A DNA stretch of 64,000 nucleotides from Microthyrium microscopicum. Its lineage: Eukaryota. The DNA is taken from contig MU004237.1 in NCBI GenBank assembly GCA_010405405.1, positions 1,065,345 through 1,129,344 of the forward strand. Direction: 5' to 3'. Of the stretch, positions 47,313 through 59,425 are shown piece after piece. A model generated the notes under the pieces. It was not told the origin of the DNA and did not search any database. It was given only the letters and a program-made list of their open reading frames with translations. The position numbers and the translations under genes were made by a program. Positions within the stretch are counted from its first letter, which is position 1, and each line of letters begins with the position of its first letter.

Positions 47313-48190
47313 GTTAGCGTGCATGAGGGGGGAGCTAGCGTCAGCGCTCGCTAAACTTTAGCGTGCCCTGTCGCCTGCAGGTTTGATACATTTATGTCCT
47401 TACCGGTACCTTACTCCATCAATCCATTGATAGAGTACTTCGTCACTTCCCCCCGTCGGAAGGTTCCAACAACTTATCTTATAGCATGCAGCTTCGTGCC
47501 TACATCAATGATGATAGGTCTGATATGCTTGATAGTTTCTGCAATACAAGCAATAGAGTATGATGTTGTCTTACCAGACACTAACCAAATTTTCTGCAAC
47601 TGACCATCAGTTCATCGTGCCTTGTCTACTCACCTTGGACTAGAATCCAGATTGCCATACCATTTCAAGTGGATTCCAAACAGCAACCTTCTTGCGATTA
47701 AAAGCATAGTCAGCGCTGCGATGAAGAAGACAGGCGTCCGCGAGCATGAAAAGAGCATAGCCACACCTTCCTTCGTTTGCCACGTCCATGTTGTTGTATG
47801 GGTATGGTCCGACCATGATAGGGGCAGTTTGGTCTACGAACGAGCGCATGTGGAGGCTCAAGAACGAAAGGTTCAAACAAGAAGCCTGCATTCATATAAG
47901 GTACAGATGATCTTGCAGAATTCTATTTATGAAATCTTACCATGTAAGCAGTTAACCCATTGGAAGAACCCGATCCAAGCCACACACCATAAGGCCCACT
48001 CAGCCTCCGATCTGCCGGGCAAGTTCCGATGTTGTTCTGAAGCCTCATGTAAATAAGGTGATATATCTACTTTGTCAATGCTACTGATACAACATGAAAA
48101 CTTTTGAGCTTCTATCATTCGTGTCTTAGCTTGGAGTTTGTGCCCCAACAACATTCGTTTTTAGCTTTCGGTTGCTGCTCGCTATCAATT

Positions 48191-50033
48191 ATGTCTTCTC
48201 AAAATTACGCCACGATACAGACTCGCCATTCCCCTTTGATCTATTTGTTCCAGAAGACTGTCCTTGCAGGTAGTTTGATAGTAACATCTGTACTTGTCTT
48301 CGTTGTATTCGCATTACGACGACAAGAATGGAGAGGATCGTCGCATTTCACGCAAACAGTCATGGACGAGCGAACAGCTGTTGCTACAACTGTTCAATTT
48401 ACTTCTCATGTTTTGGGCCTCATACAAATCACTGCAATATGTTAGTCTTCCCTCCTAGCAATCTGTACCATACATAAAAGAATCTCATCGGTTTTTAGGC
48501 ACCATTATAAGGCTTTCTTATATCAACTCCATCACATCAAAATCATTTAGTCTTCCTAGACTACAATTCTTCCTCGCTGCATCGGCACAAAAGATGTCAT
48601 GGTCTTTGCCATGGGCTCTATCGTTGCTGCTGGTCTTGTTTGCGGCCATTGCTATTCTTCCAGGAATTCTCTGGTCTGGTGCTTTGACGCCGGTCTTCGT
48701 GGACAGTAATTCTTCGCCAACCATCCATATCCCGTCATTCGCAACCAATAATTTTTCAACTATGTGGGAGCTCAGCCAGCTAAATCCTTCATCAACAACA
48801 GATCCTGAAGGGTCATGGCTCACCGATAAAGGTCTCTTTGCATACGATCCCAGTGTTCTAAGAGGACAGTTGATGAATTCGGCCAGCAGCAGCGTAGACA
48901 GTGGAGCAACATACTTTCACGACAAACTCGATGGCACAGGGTACGCATACGAAAACCGTAGCTATGGGGCCGGCTCTGCCGTAGGAATTGTCCCTGTTCC
49001 AGGTCTGCAAACCCAGTCCATCTCGTACAATGAGACCGGCTTTCAATCAGAAGTGTCCTGCATACACAACAGCAGCACACGCTGGTTTTTAGAAAACATC
49101 ACACCCTCGAATTCCCATTTCGCGCTCTGGCAGGCTGGAGGGCAAAACCCAGACCGCATTGCTCAAACCGGCTGGATTTACTTTGGATACACCTTTCAGG
49201 ATATACTTGGGTGGGCACCATCATACAACAATATCACCAGGTCGTTCTACGTTACTATCATAAGCCCGGCAACAGAAGCGGCGGACGAGTGGGGCTTTCG
49301 TGTGTACAACAACACGCAGTGCCACATCACTTTCACGCCTAGAAACTTCAATGTTTTTGCAAATGTCACGGGGAAAGTCATCTCTGTCACTCCAGGTGAT
49401 GAGGTTTCGTGGCCCAGTTATGGTGATACTGTCATGAATAAGCTCAGAGAGTGGCTTTGGGACATTTCCTATGGCGATAGCTGTGCTGGTGGCTGCCAAC
49501 TTGGTCGATCACTGAATCTTCATGTGGCTCGATTACAAAATGTTACCGACGATCTTACCAATTCCACCCTACTGCGTGGAGTCGCCGACTACATTACTGC
49601 GATTGTGGACGATACACTGGTTAGTCTGGCAGCAGCAAGATATATCTCTGCAAACCACACCACTGCAGTGAAGGCGGACGTTGCTGTAGCGTCCGTGGTA
49701 TTTGGAGATATGAAGTTCATATACGGGATAATGGCTTTTCAGCTACTCATCTGTGCCATTTACATATTTGAAGCTATTAGAACGCGTTTCTGGAGAGATT
49801 TGCCATCATTGGATTTCGAAGATCTTGGAAGTCTCTTGATAGGAGCTTTGCGGGGAGGGATGCTCGTTTCAGAGGGCTCTAATGAGATCAATGACACTGT
49901 GGAGGAGACTAATCCTTTTAGTAAGAATAACGTGCGTTTACGTTTACAGGATGGAACCAGTCAATACCCGGCGTTGGTCCCAGAGGGCGACGACATAGGC
50001 AAAAAGCATGAGAATGAGTCTGACGAGGAGTAG
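48191..50033 (+). CDS. Uncharacterised multi-pass membrane glycoprotein, 2 exons
   Basis: Several N-terminal hydrophobic helices, ILWSGALTPV, a large lumenal region with many N-x-S/T sequons and paired Cys, and one C-terminal TM helix followed by RTRFWRDLPSLDF. The intron at ~48441-48498 keeps the frame. Confidence 0.85.
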
Positions 50034-50376
50034 CACTGGATGATAAGTTGGTATGGATATATAACCTAGACGTTACATAGAACCTAGATTGTACTTAAAT
50101 TGTGCTTTTATAATTAATATATGAATAGACAAATCATTTCTTATGACCAAGATGTGAACTGTATACAGTCACCTCTACCAAGATATTGACCACCGTTAGT
50201 TTTAACATACCATATGCAGTGTAAACAATCTCAGTTTCGTTGCAAGATCTTGGCTGGCCATTACTGAACCGCAAAATATCGACAGTTCTCTTACTACACT
50301 TACGTACAGAAGACTACTATGTGTACACATCAGTCCCCATCACCCCCTTTTATCCCACCGCACTCCTAGCAACGCA

Positions 50377-52700
50377 CTAGAACAAATCGCTAAACATCCT
50401 GCTAACCCCATCTTGATTCGCCAAAAACCTCACCTGTCCATCCCTCGCCGTCTCCGTGCCCCCCGCCGACTCGAACAGATTCGTCAAATCAGTCGTCATC
50501 CCATCCCACGTCTCCGGTAGTGATACCGGCGCATTCGTGCCCGCCCGCATCTGCATTCCACCCATGGAATGTCCACCCGCCAATCCTGCCATCGCGACCG
50601 CTGCGTTTGAGTGCGCATCACCAGCATCACTCATTCCCAAAGATGTGTGCGCGCTCATGCCTATCATGGGGCCGACTTCTTTGAGTACCTTGATGGTGCG
50701 CCAGAGACGTCGGCCGATGAATGAGTTGGTTGACATGCCCTTGACGAGTTCGAGCGCCATGTAGAATTCATCGCGACAGGCTTCGCTGAACTCTGCGGGT
50801 GCATGTGCGACAGCTAAGAAGAGTGCGGCGAGGGCAGACACGAGGAAGTAATTGAAAAGGACCTGCTGTGTGCGGTAAAACGGCGTCGTGCGATCTAGCT
50901 TTGCGAGCAGCCGTATTGAGTCTTTGGCAACGTTAATGACGGTGTCGGCATATGTGATGTTCGCCATGATAGTGTTGGTGGAGAGGAAGAGCGGGCGTCC
51001 GATAAGGATACGGGACTGGTTGGCGCGCAGATAGAGCAGGATGCGGATGCGGAAAATGGCGCCTTGGTCGGCAGCGTCACGGCCATTGGGGTCGTATTTG
51101 AGATTGGGTGGTAGATTGCGATACCATTGAATTACTTCGTAGTCGAGAAGCTCCATATCTTTGGCCATATGTGGCCCGGCCTGTGTGCTCGAGTTGGTGA
51201 TGTGGGGCCAGATTTTGGAGGTTATGGCGGTTAAATCAATCATGTTGGAGAGGTAGGGAGAGTCCTGGGGATGATTAGTATAAGTGTAGACAGTGTATGG
51301 GGAACATACTGGTCGAAGTAGCATTGGATCCATGTCGCAGTCTTGAATGAGGAATGGTAGTCCTGTGCCAAAACTCCACCTTCTATCGAGGACGTATAGT
51401 GTCCACATAAGGACTGTTGATCGGTAACGATCTGCTTGACTGGCAAGATTTGCATAGGTTTGCTGCTTGTGAAGACCAAGTTCGAACCCCATGCGAATGG
51501 CAATGCCAACAAGTCTCCAAGCAAGCACTTCATCGTCTCTATGAAATGCATATACGGCCTACAGATTTAGTACGCGGCTTAGCATTCATTTGGTAGAACT
51601 CACGGCCAAGGTTAATTGTTCCATACTCCTCAGATCCGGCGGCCGTAGCAAGAGTGATTCGACGCTTTCAGCAACACTTCTGAAGAGCCTCTCGCCAAGA
51701 TCACTAGTGCCGCTGTTCTCCATGGTAAGTGCACTTGCTAAAAGCAGTTTGAGCTTGTTTGTTTCCACGTCTGATATCGAATCTGCGCCGGGTAGATCAC
51801 TCATCATCAGACCTGCTCTTCTTGAGCCGTCCAAGAAGTTGTAGAGAAGATCGACATGCCTGAGAGTGGTGTCTAGATCAATTAATGGATACATAATAAA
51901 GACATTGTCTTTCCATGATTGCACGAGTCTGGTGGCTTCTTCTCGGCTTATGGCCCATATTGGATCCTTGGATTCATGGACTCCAGAGCGGTGAGGTTCA
52001 GTATGAATAGGCGGAGGAGTGCTAGCACCAGATTGCTCGTTAGGCGCAGCTCCTTCTTCGCCGTTTTCTTCCATGGCAGTAATCCCGATGTTCCGTAAAC
52101 TTGATTTGGCAACACCAAAGTTGAATGCGGCGCTAGTAGGACCATGAAATCGAGGAGGCCGTGGAACATTAGATAGTGTAGAGTTTGAAATTGTGGGCGT
52201 AGACACTGAAATTGAACGTCTGTGATTCCGAGATGGGGATTCAGGAACTGTTGGCCTGCTTTCGAGTTGAGTTCGAAGATAGCCCATAGTCGCATTCATT
52301 TGGTCGACTTGTTGCTGCAAAGTCGAGATTTGAGAAGTAACATGTTGGAATTCCCTAGCCATAGGTTAGCATAAAATAGAGTCCAAATTTACTTGGTGGA
52401 CATACTCTGAATCTTTAAAGTTGATGCAACAATTCGGGGCATAAACACATTCAAGGCTCAGATTTCCACATCTTTGACATGGATTTTGGCCATTGCACTT
52501 GATCTTGCGGCGTTTGCATTCATTACTATGTCTGTAGTTTAGTCTGATGATTAGCAAACGTCTCAGCAAACTCACCATGCTATGGAAATGTATCGATTCC
52601 TTTTCGCCCTCGTTCGTGGTTGATCGTTGTCATCGGCCTTTCGCTTGGCCGAACCACTCTCAGCAGGACCATTAGAACTTGTTTGTTCAGGGCTGTCCAT
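50377..52700 (-). CDS. Zn(II)2Cys6 transcription factor with fungal-specific middle homology domain
   Basis: RYISIAC|NECKRRKIKCNGQNPCQRCGNLSLECVY, with the first Cys codon split by intron 52526-52575. Followed by a coiled coil, RFHGPTS and AWRLVGIAIRMGFELGLH...WTLYVLDRRWSFGTGLP. Confidence 0.93.
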
Positions 52701-53752
52701 GCTCGTTCTTCTGATTTAAAGAATTATTTAATGAGAAAATATGATAAAAAGGAGGTCATGGAGCGAAGCTGGTGCGGATGTGCATAGCCTACTGCAATTG
52801 ACCTCGAGATATCTCAGCTGCGGGGGAGTGAGGCATCAACATCAACGCGCATGATTACCAGCAGTATGAGGACAGTTTCTGGACTGTAGACAGCTGTCTA
52901 GTACGGATAGAGGGTGAAAAGTAGAAGAAGGGAATGAATAGATTCCGAGATTTGTCATCGATCCAACGCCAGCTCGAACCAAAATTTAGACTTTTCGATC
53001 CATCAATGATTGATGCCTGACTTATGCTGGATGCCTGGGGCTTCTGCGATACGTCGAAGGCACCAGTTGATGTAGCATGTCCAGATACACCCAGTGCTGG
53101 ACTTTGGTAGATTTCGATACATAAAGTAATGTGTTCGAAAGGTTGAACTACTCGATTCCTGATGAACTTGAACATATCTAAATTCTAGCCGGTTTGTGGA
53201 GTTTGAACGAGTCTTGTTGGACTGATGTTGAGTGATCTAGAAAGTCTTGGCATTTACGGTATGTGCAGCCCAACCAACACCCACCATTCTGGAGATGCTG
53301 CCTTCCTGTCCCTATTTCTTGCTCTTCACATCTAACAACACCCATTACTTGCCTCATTTACAACTTCTTCTTGTTCACTCCAACTACTCGCCATTACATG
53401 CTTCTACTCGCATTCTCTTCGTTGTCTGTTTAATTCCTCATCTCTGCCATCCAGCCCGACAACTCTCTCAGAAGCCCCTCACCCACACCCACCCTTCAAG
53501 CCTACTGTCTATCATTCAAACCTGCCTCATGGAAATACAAGTCTGTTGCTTGCCGAAATCAGCATCTCGACATCCCTAGTTCTCTCTGTTTCTCTCGCGC
53601 ATAACCCGCGAAACCTCTTGAACTTGCACCGCGCAACACACTACTCGCGTGTTGATATCCTTCCACCCCGGGGCCCAGTACCTACCCTCTGATATCCCTA
53701 AGATTTCCACATCTCCTGTTCCGATATTACCATCGTCAAAACAAACCTCAAA

Positions 53753-54898
53753 ATGTCATCATCTTCTCAGATTGTTGATACCTGGATATCCAATTTCTGC
53801 AACGAAGTAGGACACGAATATTTCGCAGAAGTTGCCGAAGACTTTATCGAAGATGACTTCAACTTAACAGGTCTACAATCGCAAGTACCAATGTACAAGG
53901 AGGCTCTGGAGATGATATTGGACGTTGAGCCGGAAGACGATGAGGATGATGAAGAGGAAGAAGAAGATGATGATGAAGACGATGATATGCTTGGAGATGA
54001 CTTGCGTTTTCGGCGATCTGCTGCAGAAAGAAGGCATCTACGGATATCTAGCGACACAACTCAAATCGAAAACAGCGCCGAACTACTTTACGGCCTAATA
54101 CATCAGCGATACATTACCAGTCGACCGGGCATTCAGCAAATGCTTGAAAAATACGAGCTACAACACTTTGGACACTGTCCACGAGTCTTGTGTCATCTCG
54201 CAAAGGTCATTCCGGTAGGGCGATCTGATATGCCAGGTCAAGATACTGTCAAACTGTTCTGTCCATGCTGTCTTGACATTTATACCCCACCCAACAGCCG
54301 ATTTTCACACATAGACGGCGCTTTCTTTGGCACCACCTTCGGATGCCTTTTCTTCATGACATTCCCCGACCTTGATCTGACCGGTACTCGGTCTGCCGTT
54401 GATACCTTAGTCACGAGTGCGGTAGTCCACAGTAATCTCGACCCGAGTTCAACAAATTCACTTTCTGGGTCCTCTACTCTAATCGGCTCAGGCAGCCCCT
54501 CAGGAGCCATTCCTACCCAGCCAACCACAATAAATGGTGTTACTAGCGCCAACTTTGCTGTCAGCCTCGGATCAGGACCCAAAGGCAAAGTTTACGAACC
54601 ACGAATCTACGGATTCCGAGTCTCGGAACGTTCGCGGTCTGGGCCACGAATGCAATGGCTGCGATCGAAGCCGGCCGACATCAACCTGCTTGATGAAGCT
54701 AGGATATATCATGAAGGCAAAGCAGCTATAATGACCGAAGAAGTCAACGAAGAAGAAGAAGATCAAGCCATGCCCGATGCCACAGCCCCACCAACCACTA
54801 CCCGAAGAAAAGCAAAGGCAACAGGACCCAGACGCCGAAGCGCAAGAGCGGCTGCGTCAACTGCCATGGACGCCAATGGAACGAGCGGACCCGGATGA
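53753..54898 (+). CDS. CKB1: Casein kinase II regulatory beta subunit (Ckb1 type)
   Basis: WISNFC..GHEYFAEVAEDFIEDDFNLTGL, long acidic loop, LYGLIHQRYI, zinc finger CPRVLC...KLFCPCCLDIY, DGAFFGTTF and YEPRIYGFRV. Confidence 0.96.
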   Translation: MSSSSQIVDTWISNFCNEVGHEYFAEVAEDFIEDDFNLTGLQSQVPMYKEALEMILDVEPEDDEDDEEEEEDDDEDDDMLGDDLRFRRSAAERRHLRISSDTTQIENSAELLYGLIHQRYITSRPGIQQMLEKYELQHFGHCPRVLCHLAKVIPVGRSDMPGQDTVKLFCPCCLDIYTPPNSRFSHIDGAFFGTTFGCLFFMTFPDLDLTGTRSAVDTLVTSAVVHSNLDPSSTNSLSGSSTLIGSGSPSGAIPTQPTTINGVTSANFAVSLGSGPKGKVYEPRIYGFRVSERSRSGPRMQWLRSKPADINLLDEARIYHEGKAAIMTEEVNEEEEDQAMPDATAPPTTTRRKAKATGPRRRSARAAASTAMDANGTSGPG

Positions 54899-55346
54899 AT
54901 ATCAATGAGTTAGGAAGCAATGTCAAATTAATGAATGTCATGGCGCCATACGACGACTTTTCGGCATGAAGGAGACAGCGAACATACAACAAACTCGACT
55001 CTCCACCTACAAGCGGATGTACGGAGAGATGCATTTTCGCTCTACATAGAATGATGGCATGCGGATATGTAGTATTTTGTGTAGCATGCAATGTCTTTTC
55101 CATAACCGTAACCAGTTTCCAATACTCTCCGAGTATAATTCATCGCGAGTAATTCGGCGACTTTTGCAGAGTCTTTTTATGTTTCCGAAAAGTCCCCGAT
55201 CAACTATTTTGATTTTCCCAATGTCTGCGAGCAAGTCTATATAAAGCTGCAATCTCCCCTCTCTTTAACCCAATTCACAAACGTACTTCTCATCACTACA
55301 ATCAACAACCAGCTAGATTTTCAAACATCGTATTCAATCCATCACA

Positions 55347-56186
55347 ATGTCAACCCTCGCCGACGAAAACCGCCAACATTGGGAGTAAGTTATCACATCA
55401 CTTTATACACAAAAAACTGACATCTTGCTCAGTAAAATGGCATCCCAATATGACACCCATGACTGGCAAAAGACTATGCTCGCCTACGTCTCATCTCAAC
55501 TAATCACCCACCGCGCCATCTTCGACATTCCCTCGGAAGCCATAAATACACCTACGCCATCCGCAGACGCCAAACCCTACCGTCTTCTCGACTATGCCTG
55601 CGGACCTGGCAGCGTCACTCGTGCTCTTCATCCGTACTTGACTGAAGCACGTGGCGTAGATCTAGCAGCGAACATGATCAAGCTGTACAACGAGCGCGCC
55701 GCAGAGGAAGGCTGGGGCGACGCATTAGCTGTGCAGGGAAATCTGCTTAGCTCAGGAGAAGAGGAAGCCAAGGTCGTGGTTGGCGATGCGTTTGATGGGG
55801 CGATTGTGGGCTTTGGATTCCATCATTTTGAGGGGTGGGTTGAGTGTTTGAGACGGTTGGGAGAGAGAGTCAAGTCGGGAGGGGTGGTGGGGATTGTGGA
55901 TTTGGTGTTGAAGAGCGATGTAAGTTTGTCTCATCCTGAGAAGTACAAGAGGAGAAATTATGGACACGGGCTAATGGTGGTGTTTTAGGCGTTGGATCAT
56001 ATGGACGAGCACCAGAAGAAACATATGCATGTTAGTGGCTTTACGCACGACCAGATGCGTATGTATATGGCGGAGGCGGGACTTGTGGACTTTGAGATGG
56101 TCGTGTTGAAGGAACCGATTGTCATGCCTATTCGTGGGGAGCGGACGGAGAGGGAAGTGTTCTTTGCGAGAGGTAGAAAAGTTTGA
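55347..56186 (+). CDS. Class I SAM-dependent methyltransferase, 3 exons
   Basis: Motif I LLDYACGPG, GVDLAANMI, GFGFHHF and VKSGGVVGIVD. Introns at ~55385-55432 and ~55920-55988 keep the frame. Confidence 0.9.
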
Positions 56187-56307
56187 TGGGACTTGACTGA
56201 ACAGAGAGTGTGTATGTATCAGGGTTCAGAAAGTGCTAGAATTAAAGTCTTCCAGATTTATTCATGAAAGCCGCAGTGTTCTGCAATTCATCCATCGGCG
56301 AGCTATG

Positions 56308-56646
56308 TCATGCTGAAAGGAAACGGTAGATGAAGGTCTCTTTCGATACATCCCATGTCAATTTGCCCGACGACAGTTGTTCTCCATCAACATCCCATAT
56401 TACGTTCTCGTCTTTGTCCCAAATGACATATCCCTCTTGCCAGCCTTCTTCATCTCTATCCCAGAGCACCTGTCCATCTTGCCAAGTTTCTTCATCAGGC
56501 TCACGACTGACATATCTGGCACGATGTGCCTGGTCAGCCCAGTCATGTACTGTATCTTTCGTTTTGGTAAGGGCTGCTCTCATATTAGATCTCAGTTGGA
56601 AAACAAGCAGCCTTCCATTGATATACTCATGGATGTATCCCGGCAT
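56308..56646 (-). CDS. Hypothetical small acidic Trp-repeat protein (possibly a gene fragment)
   Basis: 112-aa ORF with a repeated (V/I/L/T)WD motif: VLWDRD, VIWDKD, VIWDVD, LTWDVS. Confidence 0.4.
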   Translation of the reverse strand: MPGYIHEYINGRLLVFQLRSNMRAALTKTKDTVHDWADQAHRARYVSREPDEETWQDGQVLWDRDEEGWQEGYVIWDKDENVIWDVDGEQLSSGKLTWDVSKETFIYRFLSA

Positions 56647-57270
56647 GGCTGTTGGCCTGGATTAGGGGAGGCTTGTTGGCCAGTGCTCTTGATTACAGCT
56701 TGGGAGCATGTCTCCAACAGTCCATTGGTAGTGTCTATTTCGCGTTCACGGCGACTTTGACTGAGTAGGCCATTGTATCGATTAAGATCACGCATAAGAC
56801 TGTTTCGTTGCTCTGGTGGCTGATGGGCATACATATACTTTCAACTACTGTCTAAAATTCACTACTTCTAAGAACTGTCACAAAGGATCGATGAGTTATA
56901 TTCCCTCAGACAACTTGTGCATCTTAGGGGTGAAGTAGAGATACAAACACGCAGTGACCTTGGAATGAAAGTGCTGACTGTTGCTCCATGGTAAGCTGGA
57001 GAGTAGCAGGCGTACCTATCAAGTTAGCCTTCAATCTTGAACATCAAGAATTTTATCGTTATCATGATCAGTACTATCGGCAGTTCTGACGGGAATAATG
57101 ATACTTATAGCAGGTATTGAGTCCACATTGGCGACATTTTGAACGATAATGAGAAACCGCGCTCGGACCACAGCCCTCTCAGACCTCAATCCTCCACCAA
57201 AAAATCTATCACCACATTCAACCACCCCCAACCAACCCAATTATCTCTCACCGGGCCCTCTCACAACACA

Positions 57271-58120
57271 ATGGCGAGCCTCCCCCTCCCTCGCCTTCTC
57301 CCCCTCTCAACGCGCCGTCTTCTACACACGCACCACCGCCGCCTCTTCCACACCACCCGCGCCCTTTCCATCGACGATGTCCGCCAACCCATCGTCCTCG
57401 AACAACCAGATGCATTCCGCCCACCCTCCCACGGCGCACGACCACGGCGAAAACGCTCCAAATTCGTCTATGGCAAAGAACTCACCGACCACGACCGCGA
57501 AGATCTAGAAAGTCGGAATTATCCATATATGATGCCCAGCCAAAGCACGACAATGGGTAAATTTTTAAGATCGAAGTGGATACATGTATTTATAGCTACC
57601 GTAAGATCATTCTCCACTTCACAACTCCAGCGTATCGTTGTTACTGAAATATACCGTCTAGTCTGTGTTAACAGCCTGCGCTGTCTTCGTTTTCGTCGCA
57701 GACTTTCAGAAGAATAATGCGTATCCACACCTCCTTCCGCATGGTAGCATGTTCTTTCGCTCGCCGTTTCGGTTTCTCAGCGAATATTATAGTGTCTGGC
57801 GGTTAAATACGGAAGAGCGGGATCGTGCGTTGCTGGAAAAGCGGAAACAGGAGGCAGAGGACGTGGCTCGGCGGCGCGAATATAGACGCGCGCACGATAT
57901 ACCTGAGGTAACCGGGATGGCTGCGTGGCTGGGGCTGGGGACTGTGGAGGAGGAGGAGCGGATCAAGGAGAAGAAGGCCAAGGAGGAACAGGAAATGGAG
58001 GCAGTTAACGTGACGGCAGTGGACAAGGGAGATGGAGTCGTAGTGGGGCGGGAAGGTGAGGCAGAGGGTGTGGTGGAAAGGCCAAAGAGAAAGGTGTTCT
58101 TTGGGATCTGGGGATGGTGA
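57271..58120 (+). CDS. Uncharacterised, probably mitochondrial, single-pass membrane protein, 2 exons
   Basis: Arg/Leu-rich presequence MASLPLPRLLPLSTRRLLH..RLFHTTR, then IVLEQPDAFRPPSHG, a TM segment spanning intron 57601-57661, a coiled coil and a C-terminal KVFFGIWGW. Confidence 0.8.
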
Positions 58121-59425
58121 AGGTATTGGCGATAGGCGGATTGTATATAATGTTGTTTGGAAATAAGGGACGCGATCACCATTTTGTGAAGAGAGTTGTA
58201 AGATATCACGATATTGTATCAAAACCAACATACTTAGCAGCGCATGAAAGCTATGAACCAGCGCTGCAGCTCGATAAAGAGTATCAAGTCAACTGCATGA
58301 CAAAATAACTGGCGTTCTCCCAGGTATGATACTCTCCATCGCATTTGATAAAATATCTGAGCCTAAACGCCCTACATGATAAATAAAGTACTCAATACTA
58401 GAGCGTGTTGTGTAGGAGCTATCAAAGTCAAGACGATGGGGGCTCGCCATTCATTTTGTCTATCAGTTGCAAATCAGAAGGACAATCATCACATCAAAAT
58501 AACAATGTTTAAGACCGCAAAATTATTGCATTCTTCGTATCGAAGAGTCCCTCCACGCCCGTCCACCCATCCTCGAAAAATGAGAGAGTAGTTACGGTAT
58601 AACGAGTATAATACACATCCCGCACAGGAAACAGCCTTCAACTGTCGGAAAGTCTTTTCTTGGTTCCACATCATTAAATTACAGCAGGCACAACAAGAAC
58701 CCAGCCAGATATTTGCAAGAAAACCCAAGTTGTACAAAGGAAAAGGAAGCAAATACACATAACTTGTTTCCGAACCAGGATTGTCTGCCGCTTCATATAG
58801 TTCAAGCTAACGGAGAAAGCAACAGCGCTGAATCGGTAAACAGAGGGAAACATGTATCAACGAGTGAGGAGAGAAACAAGCACGCTAGGCGCTAGTCAGA
58901 GGACGTATGTAGAGAAGAAGACTCGAGGACTATGTGCATTGAAATACCCGAATGTACAGAAGAGTGGATTTGGCCACAAGGACAAGGATGAAAAAAAGCA
59001 ACAAAATAAGTGAATAAAAGTCGCAGATGAGTCTCCATGTCAGAACAAGGAGAACAGGGTATGAAGCGAGAATGAAATGCAAAAGTCTAATTTGGCTGGA
59101 AACCAAAGATAAAAAGGAAATCGAAATCCCTACAGATAAAGCGAATGACGATAGGGGGATTCGAAAAGGCAAAAGAAATGGTAAATCCCGTTTTCTTTGT
59201 ATAAGGAGCCAGAAGATGAATTTTGAGAAATGGAAAAGAAAACCACAAACACCTCCGCAATGCATATTTTGGATCTGGGATTTGTTCCCGCAATATGGCG
59301 CCGACTTCCTCATTAACGCCAGTAGACTGGTTCCTCGTGATCCAGTGAAGGTGTGATTCTTTTCCGAAACATGCCGCCGTACAGATGAAATATGTGCAGA
59401 TGTAATCGCAAAAGGTATTTAAACC

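Noticed and set aside
53930..54000. GAT/GAA trinucleotide-like repeat
   Set aside because: It encodes the normal acidic loop of CK2 beta.
58300..59420. A-rich ORFs downstream of ime2
   Set aside because: Best explained as the U-rich 3' UTR of the minus-strand kinase gene.
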